DNA of 64,000 bases from Planctomycetota bacterium (GCA_012514895.1 JAAYZK010000249.1:24217-88216); one strand, 5' to 3'; positions 9,617 through 21,785 are shown, counted from the stretch's first letter. Program-made: numbers and translations. Notes: generated by a model not told the origin, from the letters alone.

Positions 9617-10668
9617 TGGCCGCCGCGCCCCATCCGATGCTCCTGCTGCTGGCCGGCCCCGACGCCGGCGGCGAGATCCTCCTGGATGTCCTGCCCGCCA
9701 CGGTCGGGCGGGGGGCGGCCTGCGCGGTGCGGCTGACCGACCCGACGGTCTCCCGCCAGCACGTCCGCCTGGCCCGAAGCGCCGAGGGGGTCGTCCTGAC
9801 GGTCCTGTCGTCCGCCGGCGTGCGGTTCGGCGAGGGGCGCAGGCGGTTCGGCAAGGGCAGGCAGCTCATCCTGGGCGGGGGGGACGTGATCCGCCTGGGG
9901 GGCCAGACCGCCATCCTCTTCGTCGACGCCGGCGGCGACCCGGCCGCGGCCCTGGCGGCCGTGCGGACGGCCGAGGCCCAGCCCGCGCCGGCCGCGCCGC
10001 CCCCGGCCGAAACGCCCCCGGCCGAGCCCGAGCCGGCCCCCGCGCCGGCCAGGGGCGAGGCGGCCCGGGAGGCTGCGTCTCCGCCGCGTCCGGCGTCGCG
10101 GACCCGCAGGCTGCTGATCGGCCTGGGCGTCTACCTGGCGGTGCTGGCGGTCGCGGCCGTCGCCCTGGGGATCTGGTCGTCGAACCGGCGGCGCCAGACC
10201 GCCGCGGCGCCGCCGCCGGCGCTGGACCGCGACCAGATCGTGGAGTTGCTCAAGGCCGAGCCGGCGGACGTCCAGCCCGACAGCCTCGAAGCCGCGGCGG
10301 TCCTGGCCGAGGCCCGCCAGCGGTTCGCCGGCCGCCACCTCGTCGAGGGCGACGCCTACCGGTGCGTGCGGCTCTACCTGCGCTACAAGGTCCTCAGCGG
10401 CCGCGCCAGCTTCGAGACCCTCGACGATCAGCAGAAGTTCGACACCGCCCTGCAGGACCTGCTGGGCCGGCTCTGGCCCCGCTACGAGCGCGCCTGCCTC
10501 GACCTCCGCCAGGGCCGCTACCACCCCGCCCGCGAGGGCTTCGAGAAGGTCCGCCAGCTCATCCCCATCGAGAACGACCCCATCAACCGCAACGCCCAGC
10601 GCCACCTGCGGTACATCCTCGACCGCACCGCCAGGAAGGAGCGGACGTATCGGGGGTTCGGCGGATAG
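9616..10668 (+). CDS. FHA-domain membrane protein (cytoplasmic FHA, Pro/Ala-rich linker, TM helix, helical periplasmic domain)
   Basis: In-frame ATG at 9616 inside track ORF 8719..10668. FHA pattern ATVGRGAACAVRLTDPTVSRQHVRLARS...GDVIRLGGQTAILF. Linker PAPAAPPPAETPPAEPEPAPAPA. TM helix LLIGLGVYLAVLAVAAVALGIW. Confidence 0.7.
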   Translation: MAAAPHPMLLLLAGPDAGGEILLDVLPATVGRGAACAVRLTDPTVSRQHVRLARSAEGVVLTVLSSAGVRFGEGRRRFGKGRQLILGGGDVIRLGGQTAILFVDAGGDPAAALAAVRTAEAQPAPAAPPPAETPPAEPEPAPAPARGEAAREAASPPRPASRTRRLLIGLGVYLAVLAVAAVALGIWSSNRRRQTAAAPPPALDRDQIVELLKAEPADVQPDSLEAAAVLAEARQRFAGRHLVEGDAYRCVRLYLRYKVLSGRASFETLDDQQKFDTALQDLLGRLWPRYERACLDLRQGRYHPAREGFEKVRQLIPIENDPINRNAQRHLRYILDRTARKERTYRGFGG

Positions 10669-10849
10669 GCCGGCGCGGGTATGTCTCCGTCCAGGCGCCG
10701 TCGCGCCGTGCTTGACCGCCCGGGGGTGTTCGTCGTACGCTGGACTCCGTGCCGCTTGCCGCACGCCGTGTCGGAGGAGCCCCGCGCCGCGGGTGCGGAC
10801 CGGGTGAGGCGGCGGCCGGCGCAGGACCGTTCAGCGGAGGATCGACGCG

Positions 10850-12757
10850 ATGACACCGTCCCCTCATGCCGCCGCACCTGGCCGTCCGGCGGGTCTGGAG
10901 CCCCTCGAGCCTCGCCTGTTCCTGTCGGCGTCGGGCGCCGATCCGGCCGTCCCGGCCCCCCCCGGCGGCGCCGCGGCCGTCGCCGTCTTCGAACCGGCGG
11001 CGGCGCCGCTAGGGGAGGAGCCCGTCGGAGATGTCGCCTGGTCGCCGACGCCCTTCGAGCAGGAGATGCTCGAATGGCTCAATGACATGCGGATGGACCC
11101 GGCCGGGCACCTGGGACGGATGGTGGACAGCCTGGACCCGATCCACTCGCCCGACCCGAGGATCCATTCGGCCCTGACCTACTTCGGCGTCGACGGCGAC
11201 GCGCTGCTGGCCGAGTGGGGCACGCTGGCGCCGGCCGACCCGCTGATCTGGAACGGCGCCCTGATGCAGGCGGCCCGCGGCCACAGCCAGTTGATGATCG
11301 ACCACGACATGCAGTCGCATCAACTGCCCGGCGAACCGTCCCTCGGCGCCAGGGCCCTCGAAGCGGGGTACTCGTACTCCTATCTCGCGGAGAACATCTA
11401 CGCCTACGCCCAGACGGTTCCCTTCGGCCACGCCGGCTTCGCCATCGACTGGGGGTTCGGCAGCGACGGGGACGGCATGCAGGACCCGCCGGGCCACCGC
11501 AACAACATGATGAACGCCTCGCTGCGCGAGATCGGCATCGGCATCCTCCAGGAGCACGACGGCCAGACCGACGTCGGGCCCCTCGTCGTGACCCAGGACC
11601 TCGGCGACCGCTGGAACTTCGACACGCCGTACCTCACCGGCGTCGTGTACGCCGACGCCGACGGGGACGGCTTCTACGACGCCGGGGAGGGCCTCGGCGG
11701 CGCCACCGTCGCCGTCACCGGACCGGGGGGAACCGTCCAGGTGACGACGATGACCGCCGGCGGGTACCAGATCGCCGTCCAGCCGGGCGAGTACACCGTC
11801 CAGTTTTCCCTCCCCGGGTACGCGCCGGCTGCCCGCGGCGCCGTCGCCGCCCTCGGCCGCACGGTCAAGGCGGACGGCATCCTGACCGAGGCGGCGGCGA
11901 GCGTCGTCGGACGCCACGTCTTCTACAACCACTCGGTGCTGGACGGCGGCACGGCCGGCCCGTCGGCGCTGGATGACAACGCCATCGCCGCCGGCAAGCA
12001 GGCCCTGCTGCCCGGACAGCCCGCCGGCCCGGCCAACCGCATCGCCTACGCCAGGGGCCTCAACGGCATCATGGTCGACATCCAGGGCCTGCCGGACGGC
12101 GGCGGGCTGACCCTCGCGACGATCGACGACTGCTTCGACTTTCGGATCAGGACGGCCGGCGGGGCCTCCTGGACGGCGGCGCCGGCCCCGACGGCGCTGG
12201 ACGTGCGCGCCGGCGACGGCGTCGGCGGCAGCCACCGCGTCACGCTCCTCTGGGCCGACGGCGCCATCTCCGCCGCCTGGCTCGAGGTCACCGTCAAGGC
12301 CGTCGCCGCGACCGGCCTGGGCGCCCCCGACGTCTTCTCCTTCGCCGCCCTTGCCGGTGACGCCGACGCCGACGGCGCGGTCACCCTGGACGACTTCGTC
12401 CGCCTCAAGCAGGGCTTCGGCACCTCCGGCGGGGGCACCGCCTCCGGCGACTTCGACCTGGGCGGCACCGTCGACCTGGACGACTTCGTCACGCTCAAGG
12501 TGAACTTCGGCCTGGCCCTGGCTGATCCCGCCTCGGCCGCCGCCGCGGCCGCCGATCCCGCGGCCGCCGGCACGCCCCGCGCCGCGGGGGCGGTCGCCGA
12601 GACGCCGTCGCGACCCGCGGGGGAGGGCCCCGCCGGGGTCCTGCGGCATCGCCGCGCCCGCCGCGGGCGCAGCGCCGCCCTTCCGCAGTCCCCGGGCGGC
12701 CCGCCCGTCGTGGATCTCCTGGCCTGGCCGCGATCCTGGCCCCTCATCCGTGCGTGA
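10850..12757 (+). CDS. Secreted LEPR-XLL-motif protein with CAP/SCP-like domain, beta-sandwich region and two C-terminal dockerin-like repeats
   Basis: N-terminal LEPLEPRLFLSA motif. CAP-like block AARGHSQLMIDHDMQSHQL...YLAENIYAY...PPGHRNNMMNASLREIGIGI. Tail GDADADGAVTLDDFVRLKQGFG and GDFDLGGTVDLDDFVTLKVNFG. Confidence 0.6.
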   Translation: MTPSPHAAAPGRPAGLEPLEPRLFLSASGADPAVPAPPGGAAAVAVFEPAAAPLGEEPVGDVAWSPTPFEQEMLEWLNDMRMDPAGHLGRMVDSLDPIHSPDPRIHSALTYFGVDGDALLAEWGTLAPADPLIWNGALMQAARGHSQLMIDHDMQSHQLPGEPSLGARALEAGYSYSYLAENIYAYAQTVPFGHAGFAIDWGFGSDGDGMQDPPGHRNNMMNASLREIGIGILQEHDGQTDVGPLVVTQDLGDRWNFDTPYLTGVVYADADGDGFYDAGEGLGGATVAVTGPGGTVQVTTMTAGGYQIAVQPGEYTVQFSLPGYAPAARGAVAALGRTVKADGILTEAAASVVGRHVFYNHSVLDGGTAGPSALDDNAIAAGKQALLPGQPAGPANRIAYARGLNGIMVDIQGLPDGGGLTLATIDDCFDFRIRTAGGASWTAAPAPTALDVRAGDGVGGSHRVTLLWADGAISAAWLEVTVKAVAATGLGAPDVFSFAALAGDADADGAVTLDDFVRLKQGFGTSGGGTASGDFDLGGTVDLDDFVTLKVNFGLALADPASAAAAAADPAAAGTPRAAGAVAETPSRPAGEGPAGVLRHRRARRGRSAALPQSPGGPPVVDLLAWPRSWPLIRA

Positions 12758-12786
12758 CGCAGGCTCCGGGGGGTGTTCGGCCGCGC

Positions 12787-12827
12787 AAAAAAAGAGCGCC
12801 CCGGCCGGCGTTGGCCGGTCGGGGCGC
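12787..12827 (-). terminator. Putative rho-independent terminator of ppdK
   Basis: 14-bp GC-rich stem, 12796-12809 pairing with 12814-12827 (one G-U), with a 4-nt loop. Reading the minus strand it is followed by a 7-nt U-run (A-run 12787-12793 on +). Lies about 30 nt past the ppdK stop. Confidence 0.55.
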
Positions 12828-12856
12828 GGGGGTGCATCCGGGGGCGACGGACGGCC

Positions 12857-15562
<2,706 letters not shown>

Positions 15563-15733
15563 GGTCGTGTCGACCTCCATCCGTTCGGCGGTGCACGCTC
15601 CCTTGGCTGCCGTGTTGCCGTCCCCGATGGACGGCTGCGTCGGCGCCGAAGCGTGACGATCTGTGGTATGCCGGTCCGCGCGCCGTCCCGTGACGGGCGC
15701 ATTCTCATCCCCGGCGGGGAAAAACAGGCAGGG

Positions 15734-15762
15734 AGTGTAGTGGGGTCTCCGGCGGGTGTCAA
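15734..15762 (-). promoter_or_regulatory. Candidate sigma70-type promoter for ppdK (TTGACA-17-TACACT)
   Basis: On the minus strand, TTGACA (15762-15757), a 17-nt spacer, then TACACT (15739-15734). Implies a ~165-nt leader before ATG 15562. Confidence 0.4.
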
Positions 15763-15830
15763 CCGATTTCCGGCCGCCGCCGGGCCTCCTGCCGCCTGCG
15801 GCCTTTCGTACGAAGCCTCGGGCGGTTAGG

Positions 15831-16049
15831 ATGGCGCTCATGCAAGAAAGACCGCCCTGGCTCCACGTGGTCGTCCTGGTCGCGCTGCTGGTCCTGACGG
15901 CCGCCTCGGTCGGCGTGGCGCTGCTGATGCTCCACACCCCCGACCGGCACCCGGCCCGGCCGCCCGCGACGGCTCCCGCGACGGCCCCCGCGCCGGAGGC
16001 CGACGCCCGCGTCCCCGACCTGTGGCCGACGGCCCCCGGCCGGGCTTGA
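15831..16049 (+). CDS. Possible small membrane protein (72 aa, one TM helix, Pro/Ala-rich tail)
   Basis: [35 protein letters not shown]... Third codon positions are almost all G/C in this frame, which fits coding. No recognisable family. Confidence 0.35.
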   Translation: MALMQERPPWLHVVVLVALLVLTAASVGVALLMLHTPDRHPARPPATAPATAPAPEADARVPDLWPTAPGRA

Positions 16050-16121
16050 CCTGCGGCGGGGGACCGACCGCGGAGGCCCGCCTGGGCAATCATCGCGATA
16101 CGCGAATCTGTGGAGGACGTG

Positions 16122-18971
16122 ATGCGCAACGGGATTCAGGCGAAGGACTGGGCGCTGGGGCTGTTGGTCATTGCGATGCTTTGCGCCGTCGCCGCGGCAC
16201 AGGGTCCGGCGGACGACTCGAACGCAGGCGCCGTGATCCTCGACACCACGGGCTTCTGGCGGATGCACGCGACGCTCAAGGCCCCGGTGCTCCAACTCGA
16301 TAGCGCCCTGCAGGACATGGACCTGCGGTGGTTCGCCGGCCAGCGGCTCTTGAGGACGTTCCGGTGGGCGAGCCGCCCGACGCCGCCGCCGCCGGACGGC
16401 TGGGCGGAGGTGGATTTCGACGACACCGCCTGGTTGCGCGGCCCGGCGCGGATGTCGTGCCTGACGCCGTTGCTGGCCAGGCTGTGCATGCGAGGGGCGT
16501 TCACGGTCACCGATCCATCCAAGGTCGCCGGCCTGGAACTGGACGTGAGTTACCACGGCGGCGCGATCGTGTACCTCAACGGCACGGAGGTGTCCCGCCA
16601 GGACATCGCCGGACACGATGCCGCCGGTGCGGCGCTGGCCCGCGGGTACGCCGGCGAGGCGTTCACGCCGACGGGCGGCTGGGACGGCAAGTGGCCGCGC
16701 CATCCGCAGAGCGAGACCGACGCGGAGATCGCGCTGCGCCGCCGATCGGCCCGGATCGCCATCCCGTCGAGCCTGTTGCGCGAGGGCGTGAACGTCCTGG
16801 CGGTGGAGATCGTTCGGGCGCCCTGCCACAAGGTGGTCGAGGAGATGAAGGGCAGGCGAGGATCGATGTACTTCCCCTACTGCCTGGCCTTCAACACGTG
16901 CCAGATCGAGCTTGTCCGGCTGCGGGCGGCCACGGGGGAGGGTCTCCTGTCCGGCGCGGCGCGGCCGAAGGGCTTCCAGGTCTGGAACAGCAGCGTGCTC
17001 TGCGCGGACTACGATCTGGACTACGGCGATGGCGGTCCGGTGCGGCCCATCAGGCTTGTCGGCGCCCGCAACGGGCGGTATTCGGGCAAGGTCGTCGCCG
17101 GCTCCACCGAACCCCTCCGCCGCCTCCGGGCCGCCGCCGGCGACCTGGCCGGCAGCGGCGCGATGATCCCCGCCTCCGCCGTCCGCATCCGCTACGGCAT
17201 CCCCTGGGGCCGCGAGGCCGGGGTGAACGGCCAGCGAACGATCTTCCATCCCTCGGTCCCGCAGTTCAACTGCTACGCCCGCGTGCCGACGATGCTCGGC
17301 GCGCTGGCCGAGCAGCCGCTGGAGGAGTTCCCGGTCCGCACGGTGGGCCCCCATGCGGCGGATCTCACGATCCCCGGTCAGGCCGATCCGGTCTTCGGTG
17401 CGGTGGTGCCCATCTGGGTCACCGTCGACGTGCCCGCCGATGCCCCGGCCGGGCTGTACAAGGGCCGGGTGACCCTTACCGCCGAAGGGCTGCCGCCGCA
17501 TGACGTGCCCGTCGAACTGGAGGTGGTCGACTACACCCTGCCGGACCCGCAGGACTACCGGACTGTGATGGAGCTGATCCAGTCGCCCGACACGCTGGTC
17601 CAGGAGTACGGCGTCGAGTGCTGGTCGGACGCGCACTTCGGACTCATCGCCCGGTCGATGAAGCTGATGCACGAGGTCGGCGTTCAGATCCTGTACGTGC
17701 CGCTGATCGCCCAGACCAACCACGGCAATGAACAGAGCATGGTGCGATGGGTCAAGACGGGCGAGACCTCCTACGAGTACGACTTCTCGGTGATGGACAG
17801 GTACCTCGACCTGGCCGCCGAGCACATGGGCACCCCCAAGGTCGTCTGCTTCATCGCCTGGGACATCTACCTGGGCGGGGCCGGCGGAGGCTACAAGGAC
17901 ACCTGGAGCCACAACCAGCGGTCGGTGGCGCTGCGGCAGGAGTACGTCGGCAAGGGCCCCGCCGTGACCGTCGTCGATCGCCGGACAGGCGAGATCCGGA
18001 CCGAGTTTCTCCCACCCTGCAGCGATCCGGCCGTCAAGGCGATGTGGCGGAGCCTGTTCACCCAACTGGGCGACCGTATGGCCGCACGCGGCTGGGCCGA
18101 CGCGATGATGATCGGCCTGCTGTCGGATGACTGGCCGACCGAGGATGAGCGCCTGTTCTACGAGGACGTCACCGGCGGCCTGCCCTGGGTGTCGCACTCG
18201 CACGTGCCGGTGACCCGCGACGGTGCGGTCGGGGACGACGGCATCGTCGTCACCGCCGCAACCAGCCAGGGCGACGCCAAGGTGGACCGTGTGGGATTCC
18301 GCGTCGGCTACCACAGTGCGGTGCTCAGTTGCACGTTCCCGATGAATGATCCGCCCCTGGGCAGCCTGCACGGGTGGAACCGCCCCGACATGGGCTGCTA
18401 CCAGCCCCGCTATGAGCCCGGCCAGCCGGCCAGCCGCTGGCGGCAACTGATGGAGATGAACATCACCGGCCTGCAGCGGGGCATATCCCGCGGGGGGGCC
18501 GATTTCTGGCCCGCGGTCCGCGATTCCCGCGGGCGCCGCGCCGGCACCGTGGCCGACCGCTACCCGCAGAGCGCCTGGCGGAACCTCGACATCCCCTGGT
18601 GCATGTTCGCGCCGGGCCCCACCGGGCCGGTGTCGACCCACCAGTTCGAGGCCCTTCGCGAGGGCATCCAGGAATGCCAGGCGCGCATCCTGATCGAGGA
18701 CGCCCTGCTCGACCCGGCGATGAAGGCCAAACTTGGCCCCGTCCTGGCCGCACGCTGCGAGGATCTGCTGGTCGAGCGGACCGACTTCATGCTCAAGGCG
18801 TTCGGCCACCTGCAGGTCAACAACGAGTGGGGGTTGTTCACCGGCCCCGAACCCATATGCCGGCAGATCGGCGTCAACGGCCATCGCTGGTTCGTCAGTT
18901 CCGGCTGGCAGGACCGCAGCGAGAGGCTGTACCGTCTTGCCGGGGAGGTGGCAGCCAGGCTGGCGGAGTGA
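16122..18971 (+). CDS. Secreted large protein, possibly glycoside-hydrolase-like (DUF4091-type architecture); function unknown
   Basis: Signal peptide [19 protein letters not shown]. An N-terminal module containing [12 protein letters not shown], which I read as a galactose-binding-like domain (weak). Central [38 protein letters not shown] block. ATG 16122 is preceded by GGAGGA. Family assignment is from memory only. Confidence 0.6.
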   Translation: MRNGIQAKDWALGLLVIAMLCAVAAAQGPADDSNAGAVILDTTGFWRMHATLKAPVLQLDSALQDMDLRWFAGQRLLRTFRWASRPTPPPPDGWAEVDFDDTAWLRGPARMSCLTPLLARLCMRGAFTVTDPSKVAGLELDVSYHGGAIVYLNGTEVSRQDIAGHDAAGAALARGYAGEAFTPTGGWDGKWPRHPQSETDAEIALRRRSARIAIPSSLLREGVNVLAVEIVRAPCHKVVEEMKGRRGSMYFPYCLAFNTCQIELVRLRAATGEGLLSGAARPKGFQVWNSSVLCADYDLDYGDGGPVRPIRLVGARNGRYSGKVVAGSTEPLRRLRAAAGDLAGSGAMIPASAVRIRYGIPWGREAGVNGQRTIFHPSVPQFNCYARVPTMLGALAEQPLEEFPVRTVGPHAADLTIPGQADPVFGAVVPIWVTVDVPADAPAGLYKGRVTLTAEGLPPHDVPVELEVVDYTLPDPQDYRTVMELIQSPDTLVQEYGVECWSDAHFGLIARSMKLMHEVGVQILYVPLIAQTNHGNEQSMVRWVKTGETSYEYDFSVMDRYLDLAAEHMGTPKVVCFIAWDIYLGGAGGGYKDTWSHNQRSVALRQEYVGKGPAVTVVDRRTGEIRTEFLPPCSDPAVKAMWRSLFTQLGDRMAARGWADAMMIGLLSDDWPTEDERLFYEDVTGGLPWVSHSHVPVTRDGAVGDDGIVVTAATSQGDAKVDRVGFRVGYHSAVLSCTFPMNDPPLGSLHGWNRPDMGCYQPRYEPGQPASRWRQLMEMNITGLQRGISRGGADFWPAVRDSRGRRAGTVADRYPQSAWRNLDIPWCMFAPGPTGPVSTHQFEALREGIQECQARILIEDALLDPAMKAKLGPVLAARCEDLLVERTDFMLKAFGHLQVNNEWGLFTGPEPICRQIGVNGHRWFVSSGWQDRSERLYRLAGEVAARLAE

Positions 18972-19263
18972 CGCCGGCCGTCCGCATCGGCTCGGGCGCT
19001 CGGGCCGACCCGGCACACCCGGGAAGCGCCAGGGCCGGAGGTCCCATGGGAAATCGGCTTGCCTGGCCGCCGAAGCGCGGTAGAATAACCGGCGAACACT
19101 GCCGTGGCGCCAGCACAGAACTGATCGGGGAGATCCTGGATCCCGGCCGCGCCTCCGCGGGATGGGGCGTGCCGACATGTTGCCGCGTGACCGAGGAAGC
19201 GACATGCCCGGACCGCTTCGAGACCGGCGGCCGGCGGATCGATCCCCGTGCAGAGGTGCGACC

Positions 19264-21714
19264 ATGCCCCGCCTGCCCGACCAACAACCCCTTCGAATGA
19301 ACCCTTCGTCCGCCTTGCTGGAAAGCCTCGAGCCCCGGCTGCTCCTGTCGGCCTGGGCCTTCAGCCCCCGGGGCGTGTGGACCCTCTACGGCGACCGGAC
19401 GCCGGGCCTGCGGGATGACGTGATCGTCGTCCGGCCCGACGCCGCCGACGGAGGGCTCTACCATGCCGTCGTCAACGGCGAGGTCGTCGATTCGCGGCGG
19501 GGCGAGGATGTCGCCAGGCTGCGGGTGCTGGGGGGGCGCGGCGACGACGAGATCGCCGTGGACGCCGCCGAGGCTGTGCCGTTCGCGGTGGTGCTCAGCG
19601 GCGGGAGGGGACACGATACCCTCCGCGGCGGGCCCGGCGGCGGCGCGAGGCTGATCGGCGGACCCGGCGGCGACCGTCTCCACGGCGGGGCGGGCGACGA
19701 CATCCTGTCGGGCGGGGCGGGCAACGACATCCTCCGCGGCGGCGCCGGGGCCGACGCCGTCGGCGGCGGGCCGGGCCGGGACCTGCTGTACGCCGACGGG
19801 CTGGACCGCGTAAGGCGCGGCCCCGGCGACGTGCGGGCCGGCGACACGGGCCTGAACGCCATCGGGACGGCCGGCGGGGCCGAACTGGGCCAGTGGCTCA
19901 TCGAGGCCGCCGTCGCCAGGTACAGCCGCTGGTTCGCCGGCCGGCCGCGGGAGATCTGGACCGGCGAGCCGGTCTGGTACGGCATCGACGGCGTCGGCAT
20001 CGTCCGGGCCTTCACCACCAACGATGCCGGCCAGCCGGTGGCATTGGCCTCCGATGGCCTGGGCGCGGGGGATTGGTCCGGGACCAACAACCAGGTCGAG
20101 GGCGTGGATGAGTCCGAGCTGGTGAAGACCGACGGGCAGTACATCTACTATCTCGACGGGCAGGAACTGGTGATCGTCAATGCCGCCGCGGCCGACGGCC
20201 TGGCCGTCGCCAGCCGCACTGCCATCGACGGGGCGGCCGCGGGGCTGCACCTGTGCGGCGACCGGCTCATCGTCCTGTCGCAGCAGTGGGGCGGACCCTG
20301 GCTGGATTTCCCGACCGGGCCGACCCTCCCGCCGATCCTCCTGGAAGAAGGCCTGGTCGCCGAGGACGGCCGCATCGTCACAAGCATCATGCCCGTGCGG
20401 CCGATCAGACCCCAGCCGACCTACGCCGTGACGGTCTACGACGTCTCCGACCCGGCCCGCCCGGTGATCGAGGAGCAGACCACCGGCGACGGGCGGATCC
20501 TCAGTTCGCGGAGCATCGGCGAGCGGCTGGTCGTGGTCACCCAGGACAGCCAGTGGGCCCCCGAGCCGCTGCTGGTGGCCGACGGGGCCGACGAGGCCGA
20601 CGACAGCCGTCGCTACGAGACGGAGGCGGAGTATCGCCTGCGGCTGGCGGAGGACTGGCAGTCGCTCATCGGCCGGTTCGCCGTCGCCGCGGGGTCCGAT
20701 GCGTCGGCCGGCACAGTGCTGGACGGCACGGTGTACGCGACGGGCGCGCGGGCCGGCGAGAGCATGATCTCGCTGCTGCTGTTCGACCTGCCGGACGGCC
20801 AGGCGGGCCCGGACGCCTCCACCACCACGCTGGGGCTGGGCGGAACCGTCTACGCCAGCCAGGAGAACCTCTACCTGGCCGCCGACACCTGGCAGGGCGG
20901 CGACGACTACACGCCCACCACGTTCCTCTACCAGTTCGGCCTGGGAACCGACGCGATGCCCCTGCTGGCCACCGGCTCGGTGGCCGGCAGCATCGTCAAT
21001 CAGTTCTCGATGGACGAGCACGACGGCGTGCTGCGCATCGCCACCACCAGCCTGGGGGGGGGCGCGTGGGGCAACAACCTCTTCACGCTGGCCGCCGCGA
21101 ACGGCGCGCTGGAGACCGTGGGCAGCCTGACGGGCCTGGCCGTCCACGAGCGGATCCAGTCGGTGCGGTTCATGGGCGACGAGGGCTACCTGGTGACGTT
21201 CCGGCAGATTGATCCGCTGTTCACGCTGGATCTGTCGGATGCCTCCCGCCCGCGCGTGATGGGCGAGCTGAAGATCCCGGGCTTCTCCTCGTACCTGCAC
21301 CCGATGGGCTCGGACCATCTCATCGGCGTCGGCGTGGGCGAGACGCTGAACAGCGTGGAGGTGTCGCTGTTCGACGTCTCGGACCTGACCGCCCCCAGCC
21401 GCGTGGATGCGTACGCGTTCGACGCGGACGGCTGGAGTTCGTCGGCCGCCCGGTGGGACCACCACGCCTTCTCGTTCTTCCCCGAGCAGGGCGTGCTGGC
21501 GATTCCCGTGTACCGATCCGGCGGGACGGGCGCCGCCGCCCTGGAGGTGCTGCACGTGACGCAGGAGGGCTTCAGCCGCCTGGGCTCGATCTCGCACGAC
21601 GACACGATCGTCCGCAGCCTGCGCCTCGGGGCGACCCTCTACACGATCAGCCCCGGGATGATCAAGGCCAGTTCGATCATCGACCTGTCCGCGGTGGGCT
21701 CGGTCGTGATCTGA
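19264..21714 (+). CDS. Secreted LEPR-XLL-motif protein with Gly/Asp-rich Ca-binding (RTX-like) repeats and a beta-propeller domain (PF09826-like)
   Basis: LESLEPRLLLSA near the N-terminus. GGRGHDTLRGGPGGGARLIGGPGGDRLHGGAGDDILSGGAGNDILRGGAGADAVGGGPGRDLLYADG. Propeller-family blocks NNQVEGVDESELVKTDGQYIYYL and IQSVRFMGDEGYLVTFRQIDPLFTLDLSDASRPRVMGELKIPGFSSYLHP. Confidence 0.65.
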   Translation: MPRLPDQQPLRMNPSSALLESLEPRLLLSAWAFSPRGVWTLYGDRTPGLRDDVIVVRPDAADGGLYHAVVNGEVVDSRRGEDVARLRVLGGRGDDEIAVDAAEAVPFAVVLSGGRGHDTLRGGPGGGARLIGGPGGDRLHGGAGDDILSGGAGNDILRGGAGADAVGGGPGRDLLYADGLDRVRRGPGDVRAGDTGLNAIGTAGGAELGQWLIEAAVARYSRWFAGRPREIWTGEPVWYGIDGVGIVRAFTTNDAGQPVALASDGLGAGDWSGTNNQVEGVDESELVKTDGQYIYYLDGQELVIVNAAAADGLAVASRTAIDGAAAGLHLCGDRLIVLSQQWGGPWLDFPTGPTLPPILLEEGLVAEDGRIVTSIMPVRPIRPQPTYAVTVYDVSDPARPVIEEQTTGDGRILSSRSIGERLVVVTQDSQWAPEPLLVADGADEADDSRRYETEAEYRLRLAEDWQSLIGRFAVAAGSDASAGTVLDGTVYATGARAGESMISLLLFDLPDGQAGPDASTTTLGLGGTVYASQENLYLAADTWQGGDDYTPTTFLYQFGLGTDAMPLLATGSVAGSIVNQFSMDEHDGVLRIATTSLGGGAWGNNLFTLAAANGALETVGSLTGLAVHERIQSVRFMGDEGYLVTFRQIDPLFTLDLSDASRPRVMGELKIPGFSSYLHPMGSDHLIGVGVGETLNSVEVSLFDVSDLTAPSRVDAYAFDADGWSSSAARWDHHAFSFFPEQGVLAIPVYRSGGTGAAALEVLHVTQEGFSRLGSISHDDTIVRSLRLGATLYTISPGMIKASSIIDLSAVGSVVI

Positions 21715-21756
21715 CGGGAAGAACGAGGCCTGTGGGAAGGGCCGAACCGGAGCTTC

Positions 21757-21785
21757 TTGAGACCGCCGGGCCGTCCCGCTACAAT
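21757..21785 (+). promoter_or_regulatory. Candidate sigma70-type promoter (TTGAGA-17-TACAAT)
   Basis: TTGAGA at 21757-21762, a 17-nt spacer, TACAAT at 21780-21785, about 58 nt upstream of ATG 21844. Confidence 0.35.

Noticed and set aside
10669-10849. TTGACC...TACGCT promoter-like match upstream of the CAP/dockerin gene, and ORF 10681..11085
   Set aside because: The spacer is 18 nt with a poor -10. The ORF is Arg-rich low-complexity and overlaps the real gene start.
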